Below, in pieces: positions 17,835 to 27,935 of a stretch of DNA of 64,000 nucleotides. A program made the position numbers and the translations under genes. Origin of the DNA: an uncultured Prevotellaceae bacterium (lineage in GTDB: Bacteria; Bacteroidota; Bacteroidia; Bacteroidales; Bacteroidaceae); assembly GCA_946619915.1 (NCBI GenBank), contig CAMOMP010000008.1, forward strand, positions 5,995 through 69,994, in the 5' to 3' direction. The notes under the pieces were generated by a model. The model saw nothing but the letters and a program-made list of their open reading frames with translations, had not been told where the DNA came from and made no database searches. Each line of letters starts with the position of its first letter. Positions within the stretch are counted from its first letter, which is position 1.

Positions 17835-18737
17835 TTATTTTTTTTCGTATTCTTTTTGCAATGTCTTTATTTCTTTTCTGAGAGCCTTAAGAACAGTTAG
17901 GGATTCTTCATTACATCCACCAAAAAGTTTGCGCAAATAACATCTACTTAGCAACACGTTATTGATTTGCAAATAAGTACGTAGGGTTTTCTTTGCAGGC
18001 CATCCTTTTTTGTCATGAAGATATAAGTCCATCTCAAGAAGTTTCTTCTCGTAGCTAAGACTTGGCGGACGTCCCTGCGTAAGGTGGATATATCTAATAT
18101 CTGAGTCGTAGTGGAATCTATTACCAAACTTCTGAAGGAGACGATAATGAATATCGTCTTCTTCACCATACATAAAAACATTCTCATCGAATAATCCTAT
18201 AGCCTCAAACATCGACTTACGCACAAAAAAGCATGAGCCAGCAAGATACATCCAACGTGGCCAATACCAATCCATTCTATTGCACAATCCCGTCAAAAGA
18301 GTGTGCATATATCCATTCATCATTGTGGTGAACATAAATGAGGTGCGGCTAGGTGCGGTAGACGTAAGCATCTGCTTCATCCCATACATTATCAATGTAT
18401 CATCTTTTTGGAAAGACTCTAATGGCTTCTTGAAGAAAGGGCTGATAAGGCGGACATCTGGATTCATGATAAGAACCACAGGCGCCGTTGCCTGTCTAAT
18501 CCCCACATTATTACCTTGGCCATAACCGCCATTATGTGTATTGCGTATCAGCACAATGTCATCACCATATAATTCTCGCAGTTTGGAAAACATGGGTTCA
18601 CACTCGGAACTATTCTCTACGATAATGACCTCTACGTCCTGCAGCGGAATATCGCAATGCTGCCATAGAGAATCCAAACAGTCATAAATATCTTCCTCAG
18701 AGTGGTATGTTACTATGATGACAGACAATTGTTTCAT
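17835..18737 (-). CDS. Glycosyltransferase family 2
   Basis: LSVIIVTYHSEEDI, NGGYGQGNN, acidic GEEDD motif. Confidence 0.8.
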   Translation of the reverse strand: MKQLSVIIVTYHSEEDIYDCLDSLWQHCDIPLQDVEVIIVENSSECEPMFSKLRELYGDDIVLIRNTHNGGYGQGNNVGIRQATAPVVLIMNPDVRLISPFFKKPLESFQKDDTLIMYGMKQMLTSTAPSRTSFMFTTMMNGYMHTLLTGLCNRMDWYWPRWMYLAGSCFFVRKSMFEAIGLFDENVFMYGEEDDIHYRLLQKFGNRFHYDSDIRYIHLTQGRPPSLSYEKKLLEMDLYLHDKKGWPAKKTLRTYLQINNVLLSRCYLRKLFGGCNEESLTVLKALRKEIKTLQKEYEKK

Positions 18738-18741
18738 CTTA

Positions 18742-19776
18742 TTATATCATTCTTTTTTCTATACGTTTAGGAATTTCCTTCTCTAACAACCATTTATGAA
18801 GCAAGTATACAGACATAGGCACCTGACGTGCCAATTTTGCAGACAAAAACTTTCCTAGAATGTTACTCAGATTGATTTTTGAATATAATAGTTTTCCTCG
18901 AACACCATCATGAGAGTTAACGATTCGTGCAATCTCTTTAGCAAAGGAAACATCTATTCCTGTGGACATAACAAAAGAAAAGATGAAAAGAGCACATTCA
19001 TTTAAAGCCGAATTATACTTCTTTCCATAGACATGTTGTATCTCATTATATTGCTTATTCAGGAAATACAACAAGCTTTGGCGATGTGAATTTGATGCAA
19101 CTTTTTTTGATATAGAACTGGTATTATCTTCTGTCCGATATCCGTAATCTGGCTGAACAATGGCATATTCATACTTAAGTCCATGCAGCAGTGCCTGTAT
19201 ATTAAAATCAGAATCTTGGAATGAAAGCAATTGAGTATCCCAATTCAGTTTTTCTTTTCGGAGAGACTCTGTACGATAAATATTTGTCCATACTGTGAAG
19301 GGAAGTGTTCGGCGAATAAATGCCTGTAGGTCATCTCTGTAAATTTGATAACCAAAGACATACTTCCCTTTATAGCTAAAAGAATCCCGAGCGTATGCTC
19401 CTGAAGGAAAGACCATAAAATCCAATTCCTGTTTTTCCTCCATCAATTCTACACGTTGCTGGAGGCAATAGGGCGCAACATAGTCATCGCTATCAAAGAA
19501 AACCACATACTTTCCCCGCGCCATCTCCAGGCCCATATTTCTGCATGTCTGAGCTCCCTTGGGATTACGGTTTCGTGAGACGAAATGTATGCGATTATCA
19601 TTCGACGCATAATCTGCAAGCATAGAGAGTGTTGACTCGTCCGATCCGTCGTCCACAGCAATCAATTCCCAATCTGCGAACGAATTTGCCAGGATGGAGT
19701 CCATCATCACTTTCAATTCCTGTGGATGATTGAAGACCGGCATTACAATAGAAAGTGTTATATCCATTTGTATCAC
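18742..19776 (-). CDS. Glycosyltransferase family 2
   Basis: LSIVMPVFNHPQEL, AVDDGSDEST, FFDSDD (DxD). Confidence 0.8.
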   Translation of the reverse strand: MIQMDITLSIVMPVFNHPQELKVMMDSILANSFADWELIAVDDGSDESTLSMLADYASNDNRIHFVSRNRNPKGAQTCRNMGLEMARGKYVVFFDSDDYVAPYCLQQRVELMEEKQELDFMVFPSGAYARDSFSYKGKYVFGYQIYRDDLQAFIRRTLPFTVWTNIYRTESLRKEKLNWDTQLLSFQDSDFNIQALLHGLKYEYAIVQPDYGYRTEDNTSSISKKVASNSHRQSLLYFLNKQYNEIQHVYGKKYNSALNECALFIFSFVMSTGIDVSFAKEIARIVNSHDGVRGKLLYSKINLSNILGKFLSAKLARQVPMSVYLLHKWLLEKEIPKRIEKRMI

Positions 19777-21218
19777 TCCTTATGATTAATTACGTCCTTT
19801 AAATATCTTAGGATATATACAAAACTATCGAGTTTTAAAAGTATACATGTCAGGCTATAAGTCGCTATTCCAACAACGACCTGGACGACGAGAAGCAGAA
19901 TATTGCTAAATGGCAAAAAACCACATGCATAAACAATTGCTCCCATCAACAATGCTGCCATTATTGTCGGCAGCACATCCTTTAACTGCTCCCACACGCC
20001 ATAATCGACAAGTTTCTTGCTTGGAGACAAGTTAATGGCAATGCAGACGGTATTATATAGTACGATACCCCATGCTACAGCATAGACATTAATCATAAAA
20101 CTGACGACAAGGATCACCGCCTCAATAATCTTCTTGATTATCTCAAGCTTAAGTATGATATTGCTGTAGCCTAATGATTTGATTCCTGTAGTATTGATAT
20201 TTTGTATCGGCATCAACAAAAAAGCAATGCAGAAGATTTGAATAAAAGGAACAGCCGGCAACCATTTCTCTGTCAGTAGCACCAAAACAAGTTCCTTTGC
20301 AACAACAATGAAACCAACAAGCAACGGAGCGACAAACAGATAACTTACGCCAACACTACGTCGCATCATCTGTTTCACTCGCTGTGTATTATCTTGCTCC
20401 TCTGAAAGAGTGGGCAACAATACAGAATCAATAGAAGTTGTCACATTTGTCATAAGCAGTGAAGGAAGCGACTTACCCCTATCAAAAAAGGCAAGCGCAG
20501 CCGGTTGATATAGCCTGCCTATTACAAGGCTACGGATATTATCATAAAAAGATATGATAAAATTTGTAAGAAAGATCTTCCACCCGTAATCAAACAATCC
20601 TGCAAAACGGTCTCTAGAGAACACAAAAGTAGGATGCCACGAAATGAAGAACGACATTAAAACACAGCTGAAAATAGAGCATGTTAACGCCTGTCCTACC
20701 AAAGCCCAGACACCATACCCTCCATAAGCCATTGCTATGCCGATAACTCCGGATAGAAATATCGCCATTGCATTTACATAGAATAATTTCTGGAAAAGCA
20801 GACAACGAGAAACGTATGCACGCTGTATAGAATTAAAAGAAAAGAAAAAGATGTTCAAGCCCAACACTCTCAAAACAGGTGTCAGCACATCATTTTTATA
20901 AAAAGAAGCAATAAGAGGTGCACCGAGGAACAAAAACAGATAAATAACAGCAGCCATTAAAAGACAGAACCAAAAAATTGTAGAGAAATCTGTCTGGTCT
21001 GCATCTTTTTTCTGTATTAAAGCAGTATTAAAGCCTCCATCTATGATAACATTCGCAATGTTGATGAAAACAAGGATAAGGGTAACAATGCCATAATCTG
21101 TGGGCATCAAAATGCGAGCTAAGATGATAGAGATAACAAAAGAAACCAACTGCGAGCTGAACCGCTCCAACAGCTTCCATATCATTGAATTTATTACTTT
21201 CTTACTGCTAAATGCCAT
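19773..21218 (-). CDS. wzx: Wzx-type flippase (MOP/PST family)
   Basis: 481 aa, about 12-14 TM helices, N-terminal KLLERFSSQLVSFVISIILARIL typical of polysaccharide biosynthesis proteins. Confidence 0.8.
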   Translation of the reverse strand: MAFSSKKVINSMIWKLLERFSSQLVSFVISIILARILMPTDYGIVTLILVFINIANVIIDGGFNTALIQKKDADQTDFSTIFWFCLLMAAVIYLFLFLGAPLIASFYKNDVLTPVLRVLGLNIFFFSFNSIQRAYVSRCLLFQKLFYVNAMAIFLSGVIGIAMAYGGYGVWALVGQALTCSIFSCVLMSFFISWHPTFVFSRDRFAGLFDYGWKIFLTNFIISFYDNIRSLVIGRLYQPAALAFFDRGKSLPSLLMTNVTTSIDSVLLPTLSEEQDNTQRVKQMMRRSVGVSYLFVAPLLVGFIVVAKELVLVLLTEKWLPAVPFIQIFCIAFLLMPIQNINTTGIKSLGYSNIILKLEIIKKIIEAVILVVSFMINVYAVAWGIVLYNTVCIAINLSPSKKLVDYGVWEQLKDVLPTIMAALLMGAIVYACGFLPFSNILLLVVQVVVGIATYSLTCILLKLDSFVYILRYLKDVINHKE

Positions 21219-21233
21219 TATTCTTTGTCTTTG

Positions 21234-22370
21234 TTACTTAGTTACAGCAACATTATCGATAACTTCCTTCCAAGCATCTTGCCACCGTTGTAATGAAAAA
21301 GCCTCCTTCGCACAGTTATATGCATTAGTTTGAAGTTTGGTTCTAAGTGACGAATCCACTATTAAACTGGTCAAAGCCTTGTAAAGCCCAACCTCTTCTG
21401 GATTAATCATCAAACCATTGTACCCATCAAGAACAATATTGGTCATTCCGCCAACATTGGTACATATAACTGCACAACCAGACGCCATAGCTTCCAAGAG
21501 AGAAAGAGATGTGCCCTCTGAACCCACCGTAGGTACAACGGCAACATCCTTATCTTCATGAATGCGCAGACTATCCTGACTATTGAATGTTGTGAACTGG
21601 ACGTTATTAAACGAATCCAACTTCTTGTGCATATAATCAGCATCAGGTCCAGTTCCAGCTATTGTTACATTAATATTCTGATGTTCTTTTAGCAATCGCT
21701 CTATGACGTTTGCAAAGAGACGAGTGCCACGATGAACAAAGAAACGACGTGCAAAGATGATATTTATTCCATCATGTTGCTTTAGCGGTTGAGTCGTCGG
21801 AATAGCAGTGAAGTTAGGAATAAAGATATGTCTAACCTCGGGATATGGAACTATGGCACGATGCCAATTGATAAAGTTGTTGTCAACGCAAACCAGACGG
21901 TCAACTTTTCCAACTCTCCGAATCGTCTTCCATGCATTAAGACTCTTTCCCACATAACTTCTCAAATAGCGCAATCTTGAAAAACGCTTATCCAAAGGAA
22001 CATCCCACGATATACCATGCTGAATGGCAATGGTTTTACAGGAAACGGATCGGGAAATGCAGGTTTCACACCCATACACAAGAAGGTCGTTTGACATATC
22101 TATATGCGGTAATGCGGCATCAAGCAAAGCCCTCGCCACTTGGACACCATAGTTATCTTTATATCCTACGCCATAAACATCATAAGACCCCATGTTTTTA
22201 TGGAAATCACAGTAAGAACGTTGATAAACACTTACGCCATATCCACATTTTTCCAACACTGGTATCAAATTAGCGAGATAGGTTTGAATGCCCCCGACGG
22301 ACATTCCAGAGCCATCTGGCTTAAGATAATTATAATATATTATATGTGCATGTTTATCACTCATAAACAA
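21234..22370 (-). CDS. Glycosyltransferase family 4 (GT-B)
   Basis: GGIQTY near the N-terminus and the E-x7-E region SEGTSLSLLEAMASGCAVI. Confidence 0.8.
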   Translation of the reverse strand: MFMSDKHAHIIYYNYLKPDGSGMSVGGIQTYLANLIPVLEKCGYGVSVYQRSYCDFHKNMGSYDVYGVGYKDNYGVQVARALLDAALPHIDMSNDLLVYGCETCISRSVSCKTIAIQHGISWDVPLDKRFSRLRYLRSYVGKSLNAWKTIRRVGKVDRLVCVDNNFINWHRAIVPYPEVRHIFIPNFTAIPTTQPLKQHDGINIIFARRFFVHRGTRLFANVIERLLKEHQNINVTIAGTGPDADYMHKKLDSFNNVQFTTFNSQDSLRIHEDKDVAVVPTVGSEGTSLSLLEAMASGCAVICTNVGGMTNIVLDGYNGLMINPEEVGLYKALTSLIVDSSLRTKLQTNAYNCAKEAFSLQRWQDAWKEVIDNVAVTK

Positions 22371-23602
22371 GTATTTTCTTTATTCCTTTCATATCTTGCA
22401 ATATTGGCAACGCAAAATCCAATCAACATAAAAAACAACGGTTCAAAAAGAAACGTGCTACTTAAGAAAAGTTTTGCCACACCTGCACAAAAAAGCAAGA
22501 GTATAAATGCCATATCCATTTTATTCTTACACGTCCAGAAACCAGCGACTAAGACAAGCATAAATGCTATTAACAAGAATGTCCCCACACAATAACCGAA
22601 AGAAACGTGGACGTCACAAACAAAGCTATGAGAATAAACTATACCATATCGTTGCGACCCAAACAATCCACAGCCAAAGAAATCTCCGTTCTTATCCAAA
22701 ATAGCATATAATTTGTCAGTAAGCCAAGACCTGCCCGTGTCATGCGTTAAACCTCCTCCAAGTATTCGGTCAATGATACGCGTACTAAGATTCATCTCTT
22801 CAAATACCGTTTTCAGGAATATGGCAATTCCCTTCTGAAAAAAAAGAGTCAGAATTCCCAGCCCCACGATACCTGTCTTCACGTATTTAGAATACCTGAA
22901 TCTCATAAAAAAGAGAAAATAGACTATCAGGAACAGACCAGCGCAGGCCAATGGACCACGAGAGCCAAATGATAGAAGGAGCAATAAGCCAACCACAGTC
23001 AAGACCAAAGTGATGGGGTTAAATTTACGCATAGCAGACCACGCCATGATTAACACATGCGGTAGTAACTGGTACGCAGAGTACATATTATCAAATGAAA
23101 GTATCGACTGAGCGTCCTTTAGACTTTTCATATTCTGAACATATATGATAAAATAGAACAAATCCATCACTATACATATGCCAGCAAGCCACACAAAGAC
23201 TGTAAAGAATTTCTCCGGTTCTATAATTCTACCTATAAAGTAACATGGAAACACCAAGCACAAACATGTAAAGGCATTTTCACACAACGGGTCAAAATTA
23301 TCCGTAAAAAAAAGGAAGTTTAGTCCATATACAAATAAACATCCTATGTAAAAAGAATAATCTGCTATCGTAAGACGAGCTAACAATGCAGGTAAAGACA
23401 GCACGATTATTAATATAATTAATGAAAATTCTAATTCGTCTGTATAATTACATACTACAGGAATCTGGTTTACCACACCACGGATATAGAGTAGCAATTT
23501 AGATGCCCATACTACACATATTAGCAAACTGAGCATAAAATAGCGATTGCCAAAACATCGCCGTATACTATCTATGGTATTATTCGCGAGAAAACCAAAC
23601 AT
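22361..23602 (-). CDS. wzy: Wzy-type O-antigen/capsule polymerase (multi-pass membrane protein)
   Basis: 413 aa, about 10-12 TM helices with one larger loop, located between Wzz and GT/Wzx genes. Confidence 0.6.
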   Translation of the reverse strand: MFGFLANNTIDSIRRCFGNRYFMLSLLICVVWASKLLLYIRGVVNQIPVVCNYTDELEFSLIILIIVLSLPALLARLTIADYSFYIGCLFVYGLNFLFFTDNFDPLCENAFTCLCLVFPCYFIGRIIEPEKFFTVFVWLAGICIVMDLFYFIIYVQNMKSLKDAQSILSFDNMYSAYQLLPHVLIMAWSAMRKFNPITLVLTVVGLLLLLSFGSRGPLACAGLFLIVYFLFFMRFRYSKYVKTGIVGLGILTLFFQKGIAIFLKTVFEEMNLSTRIIDRILGGGLTHDTGRSWLTDKLYAILDKNGDFFGCGLFGSQRYGIVYSHSFVCDVHVSFGYCVGTFLLIAFMLVLVAGFWTCKNKMDMAFILLLFCAGVAKLFLSSTFLFEPLFFMLIGFCVANIARYERNKENTCL

Positions 23603-23620
23603 TCACACAACAGCAAAACA

Positions 23621-24703
23621 TTAACTAAAGAACAATATAGTCTTCTTAAGATCATCCCTTAGGAAATATAATCCTGTGACAAAGGAAGCAAGCACCAGCA
23701 TAAATACAACAAAGAAGATGCGTTTGGGACCAGCAGGCTTCACTGGTACAGAAACATTCTGTATTACAGTAAAAGCAGGAGTCCTTTCCTGCAGTTTGGC
23801 CCTTGCATTCTGCAACGAAGCAATAAGAGTTGTGTAAATATTATAACTCAGTTGCATCTCATTTTCAAGTTCATCTTTTCTTGACAATACGGTTTGTAAT
23901 TGAGCACCTTTATGGGTGTCACAAAAAAGCCCATACTTCCTCTGGCTATTGGCATAATCCTCCTTCGCCTCCTTGACAAGCTTCTCATAATGCTCCACAT
24001 CAATCCTTGCTTTGTTAGTCCTATATTTTATTATAGCATCTTGCAAACGATGACAAACAGAATCTGTCAAAGTCGCAGCAATCAAAGGATCCTGAGCCTT
24101 CGACTTTATCACGAAAACGCCCGTCAGTTTATCTACGGTACAATTGATGTCACCCCGCATTTTATTAACAACATCCGTCTCCCGTTCTGTCAGCATGAAA
24201 GGGTTGATATCCTTGTAATCCTTCACAACTTCTTTTTTATGAGAAAAGATGCTCTTTATTTTTTTCTTTATCCAAGATTTAGGCTTGTTGTAAAAAGCTG
24301 TCTTCTGACACTTGTTTTCGTAATTATATAAATCTGTATTGATGGTTCCGTCTAAAGAAACCACAGGAATATCAAACAAGCTAACCACGAAATCAGTTGA
24401 AGACATCAGATCTGGATACAATTCCGGATATATAGCATCAGAACCTCCTCCCAAACTCAATCCGAATGAAGATGCTAATGCTCCCACTCCTCCCATCGCA
24501 TTGTCATCACTGGTTTCCGGTGCGAGCATCATCTCACAAACGTAATACCTGGGCTGAGGTAAAATCCAGACGCAGGAAAGGATAAATGTTATCACCCACA
24601 CTTTCACAAAAGTTTTCTTCTTTGACCAAAGAAGCGTTATGATTTTCTTAAGGTCTATTATCTGTTTCTGATTATTGTTTGTCTCCATGCAGTTTTCAAT
24701 CAT
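23621..24703 (-). CDS. Chain-length determinant (Wzz/PCP) protein without a kinase domain
   Basis: TM helices at both ends with a coiled-coil periplasmic region between. No Walker motifs. Confidence 0.75.
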   Translation of the reverse strand: MIENCMETNNNQKQIIDLKKIITLLWSKKKTFVKVWVITFILSCVWILPQPRYYVCEMMLAPETSDDNAMGGVGALASSFGLSLGGGSDAIYPELYPDLMSSTDFVVSLFDIPVVSLDGTINTDLYNYENKCQKTAFYNKPKSWIKKKIKSIFSHKKEVVKDYKDINPFMLTERETDVVNKMRGDINCTVDKLTGVFVIKSKAQDPLIAATLTDSVCHRLQDAIIKYRTNKARIDVEHYEKLVKEAKEDYANSQRKYGLFCDTHKGAQLQTVLSRKDELENEMQLSYNIYTTLIASLQNARAKLQERTPAFTVIQNVSVPVKPAGPKRIFFVVFMLVLASFVTGLYFLRDDLKKTILFFS

Positions 24704-24731
24704 ATTATAAAAAATATACGATTAGCGGTAG

Positions 24732-27299
24732 TTATTTCTTGAGTAAGCTAACAAGAGCTACAGCAATGCTGGCTATTGAGGCTGTGCCTGAAGTCAAAGC
24801 AACAATCTCGCTTGTGCTTATCTTCCTGTTATTCTTCTTAGAGGGAACAACAATCTCACAACCTGGCTCTATTGCCTTACTGCTCCGACTACCAATCTTC
24901 TCTACCGCACCATTCATGTAGATGGCATATACGCCCTTCTTCTTAGCGCGGCTTCCATAACCACCGGCACGCTTGATGTAATAATTCAGGCTTTCACCCT
25001 TCTTATAATTCATACTGATGGGATAACTTACCTCACCACTAATCTTTACAGTATTGCTAAATTGGGGAATCTCGACATGGTCACCCTCACGCAGAACGAT
25101 ATCGTCGGTACAACCGGGATTTGCCATTGCCTTCTCCAAATTTACAGCCACAGGATAGGTAGTACCCAAATCCATCTTCATCTGCAAAAGTGAATCAGCC
25201 TGTGCCTTGTTAAAATTCTTCTCGCTGGAAAGAGCCTCTTCGTACAACTGTATCTGGGCTGCACGCAAGGAACTCTCGCGCTGCAAACGTTCATCAGGTG
25301 TCATAACACGATTCAGACGGGCCCCCTTGGTATAAGCAAGAGATGTTACGCCTCCTGCAGCCTTTACCAAATCGCTCAGTCGGAAGCTCTTGTTGGTCAT
25401 GGAGTACTGGCCCTCGAAATTCACACATCCCGTGATAGTTACGTTCTTCTGTTCGCTATAAGAGGGGCTGCGGCGAACAACGACTTCGTCATAGGGAAGT
25501 AGCACAAAACCACCCTCATTAATACGGAAACCGTCTTCTATAGCAAAGCTAAACGACTCTGCCATTTTTCCAGTATTCTCTGTAGAATTAACATCGTTAA
25601 TCCTTCGGAACACATCTACCTTGGCCATTGAGGCTGCTTCTGTAAGACCTCCTGCCTGTAGGATAAGGTCCTCGATAGTGGTATTCTCGGCAAACTTGTA
25701 TGTTCCGGGATAAATAACCTCTCCACTAATCTTCAATACCTGTTCGCCCTTCATATCAACCTTGCTGGGAACATAGAGTACATCGCCCTTGCGCAGAGGA
25801 ATATCGGCAACGGTTCCATTCAGAATGCCATCAATATCTACAGACAACATCTCCAATGTCAGGTCTTCTTTCTCCCTGTGCATGACAGCACGGTTACGGA
25901 AAGCATCCTCGCGCAATCCTTCTGCCACCTGCAACAAACCACGGACGGTCTGAATCTCGCCACCCAACTGGTATTGGCCTGCATGTTTAACAGCGCCTCT
26001 CACCTCCACCATGTTGCTATAGCGGGCTATCACACTATCCACATACAATGAGTCTCCGTCCATAACATTGAAATTACCCATCTGGAACTCATCTATGGTG
26101 TGCATGCTGTATTCCTGTCCTGACTTACGACTCAGCCTTACATTCTTTGTATAGGCATCACCCGAGAAACCTCCGGCATAAGTAAGCAACTGCTTTACTG
26201 TCTCTGAGCGCTTCATCTCATAGAACATGGGGCGCTTTATCTTACCTCTCACATTAACCAGACACTCATAAGGTCCGACCTGTATGATATCATTATCCTG
26301 CAAGCGAACATCACCCTTTTGATTGCCATTCAAGAGGTAATCATAGACATCGATAGTTGCGATCTGACGTCCACCTCGGTAAACTTTAATGTCACGCAAG
26401 GTACCAATCTCGCTGATACCTCCTGCTGCATACAAGGCATTAAAAGCACTGCTCAAACTGCTCAGGGTATAGGTTCCAGGCATCACAACATCACCTACCA
26501 CCTGCACCTGAATGCTACGGGTATCGCCAACAGACAAGCTAAAGCTACAATCCGAATAGAATCTGCCCAAGTGACTCTTTACCGTTTGGGTGGCCTGCTT
26601 GACAGTCAATCCTGCCAACTTTATCGGCCCCACACCGTCTATGACTATTACGCCATCAGGCGAAATGGTTCCTTCGAAAGTCTGCTGACTGGCTCCCCAA
26701 ACGTCAATCACCACCTTGTCACCTGCGCCCAACATATAGTTGGCAGGAGTAGCCATATTCTGATTAGGCTCGAAGGTCAGCAACTTGTTGTTGAAAATGT
26801 TCCTACCGTAAACCTGATTGTCGTTTCGGAAATGATTCTGATAATAAACCAGCGAATCTATATCCATGAAGGCAATCTCGTCATTCAATTCATTCTGACG
26901 ATCTGCTCTTGACATTCTTTTTGCTTCATCTTCCTCGCGCTGAGAACGAATCATATAACCATTCTGCTGATTCTGTTTCTCCAGAGCCTTCTCCTTGTTG
27001 GTACGCATTCTGCCAGCTGTATTATTAACATTGGCATTTGAGTTCTGCAAGTCAACAGCGCCCAGCTGACTATTCTGGGCTTCATATTTCTTTCTGATAT
27101 TTCTAAGTTGCTCTACTGTTACACCTTTCTGAAGAAGTTTTGCAACAATAGTTTGTTGGTCTGATCCCTTCTGCTGTTCTTGCTGAACAAACTGAATAAT
27201 CTGCCCCTCTGTCATAGACTGGGCGTAGCCGTTTACAGAAACAGCCATCAAAAAAGCCACAAAAATAGTTTTGGAGAGCACTCCGTATTTTGAAGTCAT
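24732..27299 (-). CDS. Long outer-membrane polysaccharide export protein (OPX, multiple SLBB domains)
   Basis: Signal peptide, Poly_export-type YMLGAGDKVVIDVWG and repeated SLBB-like G.V..PG.Y units (VVMPGTYTL, VKHAGQYQL, VIYPGTYKF, VNFEGQYSM). C-terminal TM helix. Confidence 0.85.
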   Translation of the reverse strand: MTSKYGVLSKTIFVAFLMAVSVNGYAQSMTEGQIIQFVQQEQQKGSDQQTIVAKLLQKGVTVEQLRNIRKKYEAQNSQLGAVDLQNSNANVNNTAGRMRTNKEKALEKQNQQNGYMIRSQREEDEAKRMSRADRQNELNDEIAFMDIDSLVYYQNHFRNDNQVYGRNIFNNKLLTFEPNQNMATPANYMLGAGDKVVIDVWGASQQTFEGTISPDGVIVIDGVGPIKLAGLTVKQATQTVKSHLGRFYSDCSFSLSVGDTRSIQVQVVGDVVMPGTYTLSSLSSAFNALYAAGGISEIGTLRDIKVYRGGRQIATIDVYDYLLNGNQKGDVRLQDNDIIQVGPYECLVNVRGKIKRPMFYEMKRSETVKQLLTYAGGFSGDAYTKNVRLSRKSGQEYSMHTIDEFQMGNFNVMDGDSLYVDSVIARYSNMVEVRGAVKHAGQYQLGGEIQTVRGLLQVAEGLREDAFRNRAVMHREKEDLTLEMLSVDIDGILNGTVADIPLRKGDVLYVPSKVDMKGEQVLKISGEVIYPGTYKFAENTTIEDLILQAGGLTEAASMAKVDVFRRINDVNSTENTGKMAESFSFAIEDGFRINEGGFVLLPYDEVVVRRSPSYSEQKNVTITGCVNFEGQYSMTNKSFRLSDLVKAAGGVTSLAYTKGARLNRVMTPDERLQRESSLRAAQIQLYEEALSSEKNFNKAQADSLLQMKMDLGTTYPVAVNLEKAMANPGCTDDIVLREGDHVEIPQFSNTVKISGEVSYPISMNYKKGESLNYYIKRAGGYGSRAKKKGVYAIYMNGAVEKIGSRSSKAIEPGCEIVVPSKKNNRKISTSEIVALTSGTASIASIAVALVSLLKK

Positions 27300-27467
27300 A
27301 ACCTATGGTTTTATTATATTTTAATATAAAAACTGCGCAACTAGTTAAATTATTGCAAAATAACCTATTTTTTTTCTTTATCTCAATAAAAAGTAGATTA
27401 TATTGCCCGAATAGCGGCAGAAAACAAAAAAAACAAGCGAATACTTGTCCAAGTCTGCTTTTTTCCC

Positions 27468-27475
27468 TACTTTTG
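27468..27475 (+). promoter_or_regulatory. -7 promoter box (TACTTTTG) for tmRNA
   Basis: 25 nt upstream of the tmRNA 5' end. Same octamer as upstream of rnpB. Confidence 0.45.
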
Positions 27476-27499
27476 CAGTCTATTAAGCATAAGCACGCC

Positions 27500-27898
27500 G
27501 GGGCTGACTGGATTTGACAGCAGGATGAGGTGTTGTGTAAGCACGCAGAGAGTTGGCAGCCGCTCTCTTTAATCAATGATTGCCAAAGATTATCTGGCGA
27601 AAACAACTACGCTCTCGCTGCCTAATCGAAGCACAGTAGATTACAGGCTTTATCTCGGCACCAGGTGCTGAGACGAGATGTCACTCTGGAGCTGTTGCTC
27701 CGAAGCATCCAGGCAAAGTGGCACAGCAAAATCGGGGATAGCTCATAACGGCCTCGCGTTGTGGGTGAGATTTAGAGGATAAGGTGCAGATTGGTGGCTC
27801 AGGTCTTGTCTGCACTCGAAAATCGAAGGCTGGGATAAGCGTGTAGAAAGCACAGGACGTCCCTGTTTGGACGAGGGTTCAATCCCCTCCAGCTCCAC
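27500..27898 (+). ncRNA. ssrA: tmRNA (SsrA)
   Basis: 5' GGGGCTGACTGGATTTGACAGC and 3' GGACGAGGGTTCAATCCCCTCCAGCTCCAC (tRNA-Ala-like acceptor and T arm). Tag reading frame 27596-27625 encodes GENNYALAA*. Confidence 0.95.
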
Positions 27899-27935
27899 TC
27901 ATTAGGGAGGATAGGGAAAAGCAACTAAGATTAGT

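Noticed and set aside
27300-27499. Invertible (phase-variable) promoter upstream of the minus-strand capsule operon, as in Bacteroides capsule loci
   Set aside because: I found no flanking inverted repeats and no clear TAnnTTTG box in either orientation, and no recombinase gene is nearby.
27103-27606. 167-aa minus-strand ORF spanning the OPX gene start, the promoter region and the 5' part of tmRNA
   Set aside because: It overlaps a confidently identified tmRNA and the N-terminus of the OPX gene, and its composition is low-complexity and Cys-rich.
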